Shown here piece after piece: positions 35,480 through 48,039 of a stretch of 64,000 nt of DNA. The position numbers and the translations under genes are program-made. Every line of letters starts with the position of its first letter. Position 1 is the stretch's first letter. The stretch comes from Nemertoderma westbladi (Eukaryota > Animalia > Xenacoelomorpha). Under the pieces are notes generated by a model, which was not told where the DNA came from, made no database searches, and worked only from the letters and a program-made list of their open reading frames with translations. Location of the stretch: assembly GCA_032718475.1 (NCBI GenBank), contig JAUCBJ010006819.1, positions 1 through 64,000 on the forward strand, in the 5' to 3' direction.

Positions 35480-36960
35480 GCTTGTATCCTTAGAAGGCAG
35501 AGCGTAGCTAAATGGGTACTAGTTTCTGGTGAGTATACATAGCTCTATATGCAGTGGAAGATTTGTGCGCAATCGCTGGAGGGAGTCTGTTGTTGAGAGT
35601 CTGGTTTGAGATGTGTACATTGTACATGACAAAATGAATCCGGCACAGCATTCTTGTCAAAGTGCCATCCAGAGATTTGGTATCCTCTGCAGTTAGGGCC
35701 GAGCATGGACTTCCATATAAGAGTACTTGTACTACTGCTGCCAGAAATAATCGAACCTTAAGGTTCCGTTTTATTATATGAGACTTCCAAATCCTGGATA
35801 GACTATTCAATGCTGCCCAGCCCATGCCTTGCCCTTGCGTATCCGAAGGTCTTCATCTGACTTCCGGATCCATGATCCCAACACCCACATGCTCAAGCAA
35901 GCCATCCCTGGAGCTTATTCCCTTACGGTCAGGCATTTCTGGAGGGCTGTCAAGGTTCACTGTCATAATTTTGCTCTTCTTGGAGTTTACAAAAAGACCA
36001 ACACAAGACACCACCTGCCACAATGAGCAGAGAAGCCTTTGGGCTACCTCTAGTGATTCTGACAGTACCCCTATATCATCAGCAAAGTCTCAGGAAGGCA
36101 CTTTGCTAGATTTCTCCACTTCTTGTGGGTGTTACCATCACCCCATCTAAAGTCTAAGGACATGTGTAGAACATAATAAATCACAATTTCGAAAAAGGAT
36201 GGTGCCAGTTTGTCAAATGGTGCCAGAGTGTCACCCTGTAGGATTCCGCACAAGACTTCGAATGGATCTGTGTCACTATCCTCAGTAGACACAAATGTGG
36301 TGGAACCATCATAGAGTCGGATAGCTGTAATAAATTCCTCAAGAATCCCACATGCTGCAAGTATGCTAAACATACTTGGTCGGGAGAATGAGTCGAAGGC
36401 CTTTAACAAGTCGTCAACAAAGATAATAAATAGCCAGATGTCTGTTTTTTGTTGATAACTCTTCGAATATCCTTCTAAGTGCCAGAATTAGGCTCAATGG
36501 TCACACGACCTTTATTACGGAATCCAGTTTGGTTCTCACGTAACAGTCTTTCAACAGGATTCCTGATGCGATTTAATATAATTCTGCAGTATTGCTTTGT
36601 AGCAATCGAGATAAACAAGATTCCACAAAAGATCCATAGACTGTGGGTTGTTCTTCTTGGGGAAAGGGACCAACTTATATATTTTCATTTCTTGAGGAAC
36701 TCGCTTTGTCCTATACATGTCAACAATAATAATTGGGTGAATGAGCTCCAAATACTCAGGAATTTTAAAGACCTCAGGGGGCATGCCATATGCTCCACTG
36801 GCACGATTGGTGTTGATGCAGATGAAATCCTGAAGATGGACGGAATTTCGGTTAACACTATTGCTATAGACCCAGGGCGATGTACAGTAGATAAGTGATG
36901 TGTACTTGCTTTTAAAGTCACTCGGAAAAATTTAGAATGGATGCTGATCCACTCCATCAG
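35480..36960 (-). mobile_element. Degenerate RTE-clade LINE (RT pseudogene)
   Basis: Fragments MPPEVFK, KAFDS, GILQGDTLAPF, WAALNSLSRIWKS...KVRLF.A.V..VLLYGS lie in different frames. Confidence 0.8.
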
Positions 36961-37454
36961 TAGCTGCTTGTAGATCGTGGTAGAGACATATTATGGCAAG
37001 GTTTCCTTTTAAGAGTAGGAATATGTTCATCACCATCCATTTCCATCAAGTCATCATAATAATAAAATTGGCACATGCTAGTGACAGTGAAAATCATTCT
37101 CAAAGTGAAAGAAACAGTGGCACGTTATTCTAACCAGAACAATAAACGAATCTCAATGGAACAGATCTAAGTTTTATTTTTCAGAATAATCAGAGAATTT
37201 TAGTTGATGCTTTTTATTATCGACTTTCGTGAACCATTCGACTTGAAACAATGTAAATATATTTTCTTTTTGTCGTAAAATTGTTTAATCTCTGCAATAA
37301 TACTACAATAATACTACACAACTTTTTCAATATCTTATTAATTATTATATAATTTATTCAGTATCTTATTTATGTGTTACTGTTACTCATACTGATTACG
37401 ATCATCCAATTTATTATGTTTTTAAATGTTGTACTTTTACGGATACGTACAGCA

Positions 37455-38045
37455 ATAATAATTATTTATTACATGGGGAAAAAAGTAGAACTTTTTTCAC
37501 TATTCGCGAGGCATTTTATTTACCGAGCGTCAGCGAGGTTAATAAAGGGTCGAGAGAATATTGAAAAAAATGTTATACTACATGTTATATGTTTTTTCCC
37601 ATGTACTACGCAATTTTATTCTTAAATTGGTACTTTTTTGTTGCTTAAATCTTTAATAAAACGTACAGTGATATAGTGGAACAAAATAAATTGAACTATA
37701 GTACAGTATTTAACTATATTGCTTCCATAGTTACTGCGAATTAAATTACTGGACTCTTCAACTCCTGATGCTGCCGTACTCAATGTTAAATAATTTAGTG
37801 TTCTCGAATATTTATCACGTAACTAGAGAGCCGCTTAACAACATAAACCAATATTGGATATTGAGTTCCGTTGAGTGCGTGCATGGATTTTGCTCAGATT
37901 ACTTTTCTACGTCAAGGCTCTTTGTACACATTTAATGCCCCAATAATATTTATTTTACTTTTTTCGCCGGGAAAAAATGTAAAATCAATGCAATCTATGG
38001 GTTATTTTTTCTGAGCGAGAAAGTAACAATTTAAGAATAAAATTA
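37455..38045. repeat. Palindromic MITE-like repeat
   Basis: Internal hairpin around cgagcgtcagcgag. ttattcttaaattg.tacttt (about 37617) is the inverse of aaagtaacaatttaagaataa (about 38020). Confidence 0.45.
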
Positions 38046-39262
38046 TTTTGTTCCTTTAACAGTTATACTGTATATTAATTTCACTTCAATAAGCAATTAC
38101 AATTTTTAATAAATCACACACTCATCAAGTTTCAATTGTTTTTTGGTTGAAGCTTCTAGTTGCCGCCTAAGGTTGGTGTTAAGTTTACTATTACGTTGTT
38201 CTAGGATGAGTCCCAGGCAGAATACATGAGTAGACGGTTATATTTTGTTTGGAAAATATACAAAACTATTAATATCTTTATTAAATTGTTCAACGACTTG
38301 TGTGTTGCAATTTTTTAATTGTGGTATTAAATTAACTCGACAAACACCCAATACTTATGTAGCCTTTTATTTACATACGAATTTGTCCACCTATACTGTC
38401 CATCATATTGTCCGTCATGTTTTAATGCTTTAACCCTTTTAGTACTATGTCCCACCTGTTGTACCATAACCACCTGCGCTATGTCCCAACTGTTGTACCA
38501 TGGCATCTCACTTGATAAGCAGGCCATCCACCACCCAACAGCGCCTTAGAAAGTGTTCCAATTCACTATTCAGTGCCTTAGGACAATAATTTTTGAAATT
38601 TTTTTGCAGCCATTTGATTGGCTAATGGGTTTACCTTGCCTTCTATGGAGATTCAAATCTAGGCCTTTTACTTCCAACTTTGCTGCCTTTGTTGAGGCAG
38701 GGCGAATTGGTTGTAGGTAGATTGTTGACTACTATCCATTATACATTACGGGGTACCGTGCCCTAAACCCTGGAGTGGTTTGTTATCTCGTTTGTGATTG
38801 GATAACACATCATAATATTATCCTGTAGGTGACTAAAGCTACTACGTTCCATCCATCCATTTGTTAGTAATTGTATATTCAGTCAGTCATTTGTGAATCA
38901 ATTTACGGCACTGCTGCACTTATGTGTATGACGTATGCTGTTTTTTATTAGGCCTATAATTATCATATAAATTTATAATAATTATTTATTACCGGTATAG
39001 GCCTATATCAATTAATTATTATTATTATTATTACCGGTACGTAGTGCGTAGTGAATTAGAATTACGGTAGAATTTATTCTCATAATATATACTGTAATAG
39101 GCCTAGTGAAATTAAGTGTAGCCTATTACCGGCAGCCTACTTGTGCCATTTGGAATATACTGATATATACTATTTATTATATTATATAATACGATTATCT
39201 GATTATATTAATTATTAGGGCCTATATTGAGTGACTGTACGTCTAACAGACTAACAGTGGCC

Positions 39263-41481
39263 ATGGCAGACAGACCTGAAAGAGATCGCCATCCTGTTAA
39301 TTACTATGGTTTTACTCTAAGTAATAATGAGAGCGACGATGAAGTCGATGATTATGTTGATGGTAGTGGAGAAAGTGGTGACGATGTGACGGGAATGGAA
39401 AGTGGGGATAACCAGGGTGATGCAGCTAGTAGTTCAAGTGAGGGTTCTGTTGATGATTCCGACGACTCATCAGACAGCAGCTCTCGTTATGCAATTGCAC
39501 CTCTACCAGGTGACGGGTGGGATGTTGTCACTGAAGCCAGTGACGTTAGTTTTAGTGTCCAATTCGATTTTAGTGGAACACCGGGGTGGAACAATGGGAT
39601 TGACACTTCTGAATTTAGTGTAATTGACTACTTCCAAGTGTTTCTACCTGATCAGCTATTTGAAGCTGTCGCCACGTGGACAAACATCCGTGCTCAGAAA
39701 TTTTACACAAACGATGATGGTACTTGTGCTAAGAAGTGGAAGGTAATCACTGTGGCTGAGATGAAGAAATTCATCGGTCTAACTTTTCACATGGGTATCA
39801 TCCGCAAACCAGATATCAGGTAAATAGTTTAATTTAAATTACCAGTACATACAGTATAAGCGATTTAGGATTGGGGTCTGAGAACTCTAACTGCTAACCA
39901 AAAGATGATGGTTTTAACCCTAATCGGAAACTGTGGCTAACCCTAATTAAAGCTGGTTTTGGCACATGGTAGGGAGAGGGAGAGTAGGGGCCCCCTACCC
40001 CCTAAATCCAATGGAAATATAAAATAAATGAATAAATAAAAAAATGAATAAATATAATTACAGAGGTGGTCAACATTGTGATGTGGTCCAGTGTGGTCAT
40101 TTACTATAGGAGGTATGTACACAGTAGCACACACTGCTGTTGTTTTTCGGCTACCGGTAGTGTAAACTGTGTTTAATAAATACCGGTAAGTACCACACCT
40201 GCTTTTTTGGTGTTTGCTTCTGCTGTTCAATAAATCAATTTCAATTTCAGGTCGTACTGGGCGTTGGACACACTTATGGCAACACCCTTCTTTACCCAGC
40301 CAGGATCAATTAGTCGCGATCGATATTTACAAATCCTGAAGTTTATTCGATTTGCCAACCCAGACAATGTTGACGTCACAGTGAGGGCCACCAGGGTGAA
40401 CGAATTCCTCACCATCGTGAACGAGCTATTCAAGGTGTATACACCCCAGGTGAATCTTTCCCTGGATGAGGCGTTGTTGCTCCACAAGGGTCGCCTTGGC
40501 TTTAAAATGTTCATCCGCACTAAACGGGCTCGGTTTGGCATCAAATCGTTTTTACTATGTGATGCGAGAGGATATGCCCTCAGTGCAAGAGTTTATTATG
40601 GTCGGGCGGCAGACATTCCCCAAGTGGATGAGACATCCTCGCTTAGCCACAGTGAGAATATTGTGGTACTATTACTTGATGATGCGGGACTCTTAGACAA
40701 GGGTTACATTTGCCACATAGACAACTGGTACAACAGTGTGCGATTGGCCGAGTACTTGCTTACCCGTTCTACTGGCATTCGTGGCACCATAAACCCTTCA
40801 CGTGGAATACCTGGAGTGTTGGCTTCAATGAAGCAGAAGCCGATATCCACCACCTTCATGAGGAAAAACCACCTTCTCGCTATTAAGTTCACTGATAAGA
40901 GAGATGTGCATTTTCTATCGTCAGTTGATAAGGCTGACCACGTTGAGAAGTCTCGCCATGTTCGTGGGGGGGATGTGGTTTCATACAGGAAGCCAACACC
41001 CATCGACTTGTACAATAAGAACATGGGTGGAGTTGATCTTCAGGATCAGTTGATCGAATACTACAACCCAGTTCGAAAATCCCAAGCTTGGTTTAAGAAA
41101 GTCGGATTCAACTTTTTCGCTCGGTTGTGTGTAAATGCATTTATTATGTATAAACTAGAAAAAAACAAGAATGCTCACATGGTGGATGCTATGAAGGAGG
41201 CAATTAAATGGCTCACTCAGATTGTTGTGGAGACTCCACGCAAGCGGAAGAAATGTACGTATCAGGATTCACTGCCTTCAACGTCATCTTCTCCTGCTCC
41301 ACCAATTGTGGTTCACTGTATTGCGGAGATTCCACCAACTGCTACCGACGCAAAGCCCCGTAACCGTTGCCGCGAGTGTTACTCTAAGGGTATCCAAAAA
41401 AAGACCCGGTTTTATTGCCCTCAATGCCCCAATACACCGGCATTGTGCATGGCATGTTCAAAAAGTTACCACACAGCGTAA
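39263..41481 (+). CDS. piggyBac transposase (PGBD4-like), exons 39263-39819 and 40251-41481, about 595 aa
   Basis: Splicing AG|GTAAAT...tttcag|G restores KPDIRSYW. Catalytic motifs SLDEA, IDNWYNS and MGGVD.QDQ; C-terminal Cys-rich domain. Confidence 0.9.
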
Positions 41482-41639
41482 TTTCAACATACAAACTTTA
41501 CTCTGAATCACCATAATATTTCTAAATATTTTATGCACTTATATTCACTTGGTATACAGTATACCGGTATTTGTTATATTGTAATGGCATTTTCATTTTT
41601 TTATAAATATAGCTGTACTTTTTATAAAATAAACTGGAC

Positions 41640-42230
41640 AAATGTTGAATTCTACGTCATTCAATGGCCCATCAGAGCTGTTAGAAATTTATTAGGAATT
41701 CGTAATAAGAAACTGATCGGATTCTAACATATTTTGTCAGACAAACAAAAACATGACAGACAGACAGACAATATCAGAAGAACGGCTAATTGAATTAAGA
41801 AACTATTGTCAGATTCGAATTCCTCGACTTCGATTACCCAAAAATGTGAATCTGTTTCACTTCAAACACAATCCCAATATTTGACGAACAGACAGACAGA
41901 CAGACAGACAATATTGGCTGAACGGATAAATAATTTAATAATCTGAACCAATGTTTGAATTCTACGTCATTCAGTGCCACTTGGGAGCTGTTAGATGTTT
42001 CTTAAGAATTCGTAATAACAAACTGATTAGATAGTAATATTTTGACAGACAGACATAATAACATGACAGACAGACAGACAATATCAGAAGAACGGCTAAT
42101 CGAATGAATAAGTTATTGTTAGATTCGAATTCCACGGCATTGATTACCCAAAAGGAGATTCAGATTTCAGTTGAAACACAATTTTTCTATTTGACAGACA
42201 GACAGACAGACAGACAACAGACACATAAGG
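41640..42230. repeat. Subterminal duplication of about 310 bp with (GACA)n tracts
   Basis: gaattctacgtcattca...gagctgttaga...catgacagacagacagacaatatcagaagaacggctaat occurs twice. Confidence 0.8.
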
Positions 42231-43187
42231 AAGGATAGGCTGTACAGAAAAACAGACTTCGGAAATGAAATCTACGGTAAAAACAACCTCATAATTGGGG
42301 AAACATAGATTATTTTGAAAGGAAGCAAGCCTGTGACATTTGTTGAAGTTTAAGAAATATTTTTATAATTTCATAAAATATATTCAGGTTCTGGAGGTAC
42401 AAGATATTTTCCAATTCAGTACTAAAAGGGTTAAACCGTGTAATTATTTTAATGTATTTTAAACAATCCAAAATTACGTGTGTCGCCAAAATATCTGCCT
42501 CTGTACCGATTTCTATATATTTATATTATATTATATGGGATTTAAATCATTTTATTAAATCTTTTTATACTGTAGGAATTTTAAGTAAAATATTTTATAA
42601 TCCGCGTGATATTTTAATGTACAGTATGTTCCATTTCATTTCGTTTTAAACCACTGTATTTCCAGGGGACCCCCATGGAACGAGACATTGTCTCTTTAGG
42701 GCTATCCCCGACATCATATTTCACTTTGTTTCTTCTGGATTGGTGTTTGTCTATAGGTGATAGGGCCTACTCCATACCACATTTATTTTCGTATTGCTGT
42801 AGGCCTATTGTTTTCATATTTTGATGTAAATAAAACAATTCCTATTCCGACGTACTGACCTAGTAGTGTAGTACTGTCAGGCTGTAGTACTGTAGTAGGC
42901 CTACATCTGTACATTAGATTTTCAGCTAGCTCCACCCTCCCAAACCTCATAGCCTCAACCGACACTCAGCTACAGCTGCTCAAACCTATCCGTACTCGTT
43001 TTTGGCCCATGCGCATGCATGCCATGTTCAGTTCATGTATCAGTGTATTGGAAAGTTTAGAAAGTAAATATAACTTATTAATAATTTAGCCTAGGCCCTA
43101 TTGTAATTTGTAATACTATATTTTTAGTTTGACTGTTTGTAGGCCTCAGGCAGTACCGGTCAGCCGGTTGCCGGTGGTTAGTATACG

Positions 43188-44387
43188 ACAAGTCCCTAAA
43201 AGGTGCCACCCTGCTCCATAGCGCGGGAAATTCAAATGATTGAAAGACATGTTATTTGTGCTGGAAAGGGTGGCAGATCAGATCTGCCACCTATATATTG
43301 GCGGTAAATTCAAATCTGTTTTAACATTGAATACATGAATAGAGTAAGACCAATCTTCCAATGTAATTCATTGAATCAGAATAAATTATTTATTATCGGT
43401 TTAACTCACTCATCCGTTAATGTTGTTGATTTATCTATTCTGGGACTTCGAGCAGTACGTGAACAACTAAACCAGCACGCTAACTACCGGTAGTCTGGGG
43501 CTTCGAGCACCACGTGAACAACTAAACTGGCTGGTTACCTAGTCTGGGACTTCGAGCAGCACGTGAACAACTAAACCAGCACGTTAACTAGTCTGGGACT
43601 TCGAGCAGCACGTGTACAACTAAGCTGCCTGGTTAACAAGTCTGGGACTTCGGGCAGCACGTAAACAACTAAAGCTGACTGGTTAACTAGTCTGGGACAG
43701 ATATAGCAGTATAGGCAGAATAAGCATTATACACCTATTGTTATTACAGTAGGCCTACCTGCGATATATTTTACTATCAGTTCCCTGCTATATTGTTATA
43801 ATTATATTGTTCTGATGTAATTATAACTGATACAAGCAAATAACAAATGTTCTTTACATTTTACTGATAGAAGTTAAGCCAAATACCTCGATCCACCCCC
43901 TTCTCAATTTGCAAGTTTGCTCGAAGTCCCAGACTAGTTAACCAGTCAGCTTAGTTGCTCACGTGCTGCTCGAAGCCCCAAACTAGTTAACGTGCTGGTT
44001 TAGTTTTAGTTGTTCACGTGCTGCTCGAAGTCCCAGACTAGGTATCCAGCCAGTTTATTTGTTCACGTGCTGCTCTATGCCCCAGACTAGTTAGCGTCAG
44101 GTTTAGTTGTTCACGTGCTGCTCGAAGTCCCAGACTACCAGAATAGATAAAACAACAACAATAACGGATGAGTGAGTTAAACCGATAAGAAATAATTTAT
44201 TCTGATTCAATGAATTACATTTAGTCTTACTCTATTCATGTATTCAATGTTAAAACAGATTTGAATTAACCGCCAAAATATAGGTAGCAGATCTGATCTG
44301 CCACCCTTTCCAGTACAAAATTACATGTCTTTCAATCATTTGAATTTCCCGCGCTATGGAGCAGGGTGGCACCTTTTAGGGACTTGT
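43188..44387. mobile_element. Foldback (Mutator/MULE-like) non-autonomous element with about 500-bp inverted arms
   Basis: ACAAGTCCCTAAAAGGTGCCACC... / ...GGTGGCACCTTTTAGGGACTTGT. 9-bp TSD TAGTATACG at 43179-43187 and 44388-44396. Internal subrepeats of about 50 bp in both arms. Confidence 0.88.
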
Positions 44388-44757
44388 TAGTATACGCCTA
44401 ACTGTTGACTGTAGGTTGACTGTAATAGATAGGCCTAACAGCCAGGCTGCCAGGTGACAGCAGAACAGCCTAATCTGGTATCTGCCATCTGGTAAGGTAA
44501 TATAGTAATCTGGTAATAGCAACATCTTAAATTATTATTGAGGAATTTACTGATGTAGGCCTGCATTCGCAGTAGGCCTACGCCTGCCTACCGGTACTTC
44601 TTTAAAAACATGAGTTGTTTGAAAAGTTTTTCAATTGTTCAAACTGTCAAACCAATATTATAGCCTAAAACCAGAAAACCACGATCTGACGATTCAGCAG
44701 AATTTCCGTGCTGCCGTGGTCGCTACACTCGCGATTTAATCCATAATAATAACAAGC

Positions 44758-44820
44758 AGACCTTCGCGCAGCACGTGGTGTACTGTAACTTACAGTACAC
44801 CACATGCTGCGCGAAGGTCT
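44758..44820. repeat. Hairpin palindrome of about 63 bp
   Basis: agaccttcgcgcagcacgtggtgtactgtaa-c-ttacagtacaccacatgctgcgcgaaggtct, with one mismatch. Confidence 0.9.
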
Positions 44821-45049
44821 CTTAAACGTTTCAACAGCTTGACGCTTGTTTTGTTACACAATATTGGAGTACTGGAGTACGCCACGTGCTGCATGATTTT
44901 CGAATTTGAGAGAAAAAAATTTTTTTTTTCGTAATTTGGATAATAAATGAGCCAAACAATACCATGGAATAATAAAATTTCGAAATATTATATTTTAGAT
45001 CAATATTTATATTTGTATCATATTCGATACAATATGTAATTTGTTTTGT

Positions 45050-48039
45050 AACACCTTGTAGCATATTTGCTACAATTATTTATTAATCTTTATTTATTCA
45101 CTAGTTGTAGTTATATATAAAAGACATGAAGAATAATAAAGTCCACAATTGGATCGAAGGATCAAACTAATCTGTATGGAATTTGAGGAAACAATTGCGA
45201 GACATGTTTAGACACAAATGAACGCGACACTTCAAACATATCAAGGGGGTGAACTGAGAACATCCTGGATGCTTGCAACGTCCACGGCTCTTCTTCTCTT
45301 CATCCAATACTGCCCAATGATCAACACGGTCTAACCGAACTTCTTTTGGAGGCAGACAAAGAGCTGGTCCTCTCTTCTTTCTTTTGAGAACAGGTTCAAG
45401 TGAACTTCCACTAGGGCGACCTCTCTTCGTTACAGTTGATTTGCCGGCGGAACATAAGGCTAACCCAATGTTAACCTTAAAATCCATTAGGTTGTCATAC
45501 TCAGGGTCAACACCTAATTGTTTGGATATCCGCCTATGTAACAACCATCCATTCACAATTACAAGGTCAACAATGTGAAAAAAAATCCGCAAGTAATACT
45601 TCTTGGATCTCAAGCGGTTCCGGTACAATCCTATTAGAGAATCTAATAGATCCACTCCACCCATGTGTCGATTGTAAACTTTGATTACTGCGGGACAATC
45701 TACGTCTATTTTACTCTTTAGGACTTTACTATAACGTTTCACAGTTCCAACGGGTTGGCTTCCAACGAAGGTGGACAAAAGATAGACAAACTTGTTGTCA
45801 TGCCACTTGACACAACTAAGTTCCTGCCCATCAATGGTACAAACCCGTTCATCATAAGATCCTCTCTTCTTCATCTCATTGTCCTCTCTCATCATGCAGC
45901 CCCTCAGCCTGTTAGATCGCGCTGTACCCAATGCTAGTATTCCGAGCTTACTCAGTGAAACTTGTAAATCGATAGAAGTGAAATAATTATCAAAGTATAC
46001 TCAATGATTCATGTGACGTGGAATGGATCTGCATAATCGAATTATAATATTGGAGCTGGCCCCTATGTTTGGCTCATCAGGAGCCATCGTAACTTGTCCT
46101 GTACTAAACTCTAATACATAGGCCATTCCGGAACTCCCACAAAGAACATACATTACATATCCCCATTTATGTGGTTTCTTCGGATTGTACTTCTTCAAAG
46201 TACTTCGGCCCTTGAATGGTATTACTTGTTCGTCACAGGATAATTCAGATTCCTTAGGAAGCGCAAGAAACGTTTTCTGAACTGATTCTAGAATTGGGCG
46301 GAATTTAAAAAGTCGGTCTATGTTATCTTTGTCAATTTGTGAGTTATCGTTAAAGTGAAGGTTGTGTTTAATATCCTCCCATCGATTAACATTCAGTATA
46401 TCGGCAATTAGCGAAATGCGAAGATTCTTAGACCAGTAGGCTCTCGTACTTGGCAAACGGATAATTGACATCAATATCGTTGTTCCAATGAATTGTTCAG
46501 TTTCCGCTTTTGTGAGACTCAAAGGTTTATTTGCATTTTTCTGAACGGAATACAAGTTCGATTGATTGGTAATGAGTTCAACTAATTCTTTAGGGAATAA
46601 TTTGAAAAATATTTGAAGAGGAGTTTTTAGGTCCAGATATTCCTCACCCAGTTCAGAATTCCCAAGAAATTCCAATTGGCTCGAGTCTTTTATTAGGTTT
46701 CCTTCTTTCCAGGCTAAACCTCCCCCTGTTCCGCTCGTGGACTGATTAACCTGTTCCTTGTGTTTAGTAGTCGACGCAGTGTTTTTAGAAGATTTCGATT
46801 TAGTTTTTTGCCCAACAGTCTTGGAGTTAGGAATATTCTTAGCCAGAGCAGTCTCAGATTTAGGATTGGCCTTGTCATTGACAATAGAAGGCTGTTTCGG
46901 AACGCTGGCACCAACAGTGGTCGTCTTCTCAGTGGAACGTGAATCGTGCAATAGAACAGGATGAAAATCTAACAAAGTCTTACGTACACGTTTCGGATAT
47001 GATTTTCTGGACGTCTTATTTGTGGAACAAATAATAAGGGGTGTATTAGAAGGGACCGATTCTACCTCAACCTCTACAGCAACATCTTCAAACAATGGAG
47101 GTAGCTCTTCGTCAATCGCATAATCATCTAAATTTAATTCAGTACTTTCCCTTTGCGGGATGTCGATTGAAGATGTTTCCTGTATGTCATTTTCGTTGAT
47201 AGTATCTAATTTGTAAGCCAAACCCGATGATGTAGTCGGCAAAAAATTAAAATCACCATCAAATTCGTGATCTCCAGTTAACAAATCTGATTCACCGCTA
47301 CTTGAACCTTGATATTCATATTCGGATTCATTGCATTCACCGCCACTGGACAATTCACTATCACTTGAATCATACGGTAAATTTCTAATATAGATTGGGT
47401 CATTATTGCGGGTCTTCCTTTTATAAAATGCACTCGGTTGAATCTCCATAAATTTTACACCTGACACTCATTAAATGATGGTTAAAAGAAAATATCAAAA
47501 TATTATAAGAATTTACCAAAAATGATAATTAGTTATTGCAGTAATACAGTACTACACAATGCTGTAAAGCAAACCAGTACAGAACAGTGAAAAATAATGA
47601 TTGTGATTCCGAAATTTTAAATTTCCCGCATAAATTTTGATGTCAACTAATCACATATTGTAGCTCATGTGCTACAAATACATTTTGGCATATTGCTTGA
47701 GTCAAATCAAGTATTTTTTTTATGTTTTCAAGTATTAACACTCTTAGATGATAGGACAACATAAAAAAAATTTTGTTTTGGGAAAAAATCCTAATATTGT
47801 GTAATTATCAATGCATGTAAAGGACTCATTTATTAGGAATGGCTCCAAAGTATCTATAATCGTGTTCAACACCTCTCAATTGAATCGCTAGGTGGCGTGA
47901 CATAAAATTTTTATCTGAACATCTGTAGCAGATATTCATCAACATGTACATACCCTTCTTTTTTAATTTTATGTTTATACAACCATTGAGTAGCTTAAAC
48001 ATTAATTGTAGCATATGTGTAGTCTATTGCAATAGAGGG
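45050..48039 (-). mobile_element. Second piggyBac element; only one terminus recognisable
   Basis: ...GCAATAGAGGG|TTAA at 48039/48040. The tgtagcatat subterminal motif occurs near both sides (45057, 48007), but no matching TIR was found on the left. Confidence 0.65.
45167..47467 (-). pseudogene. piggyBac transposase (PGBD2/3-like) with one in-frame stop
   Basis: SCDEQVIPFKGR, KPHKWG, NH*VYFDNYFTS, WHDNK, YNRHMGGVDLLD and a C-terminal Cys-rich domain. Both ORF halves share one frame across the TGA at 46001-46003. Confidence 0.9.

Larger units (their letters stand above)
38434..42430 (+). mobile_element. Full-length piggyBac transposon (about 4.0 kb)
   Basis: TTAA|CCCTTTTAGTACT ... AGTACTAAAAGGG|TTAA, giving 13-bp perfect TIRs and a TTAA TSD. 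Confidence 0.95.

Noticed and set aside
43438-44140. CRISPR-like repeat-spacer pattern
   Set aside because: The linkers are two recurring types and the array is mirrored in inverted arms with a TSD, as expected for transposon subrepeats.
45990-46010. TGA as selenocysteine or programmed readthrough
   Set aside because: It is a non-Cys position in a transposase and no SECIS was recognised; a nonsense mutation is the simpler explanation.
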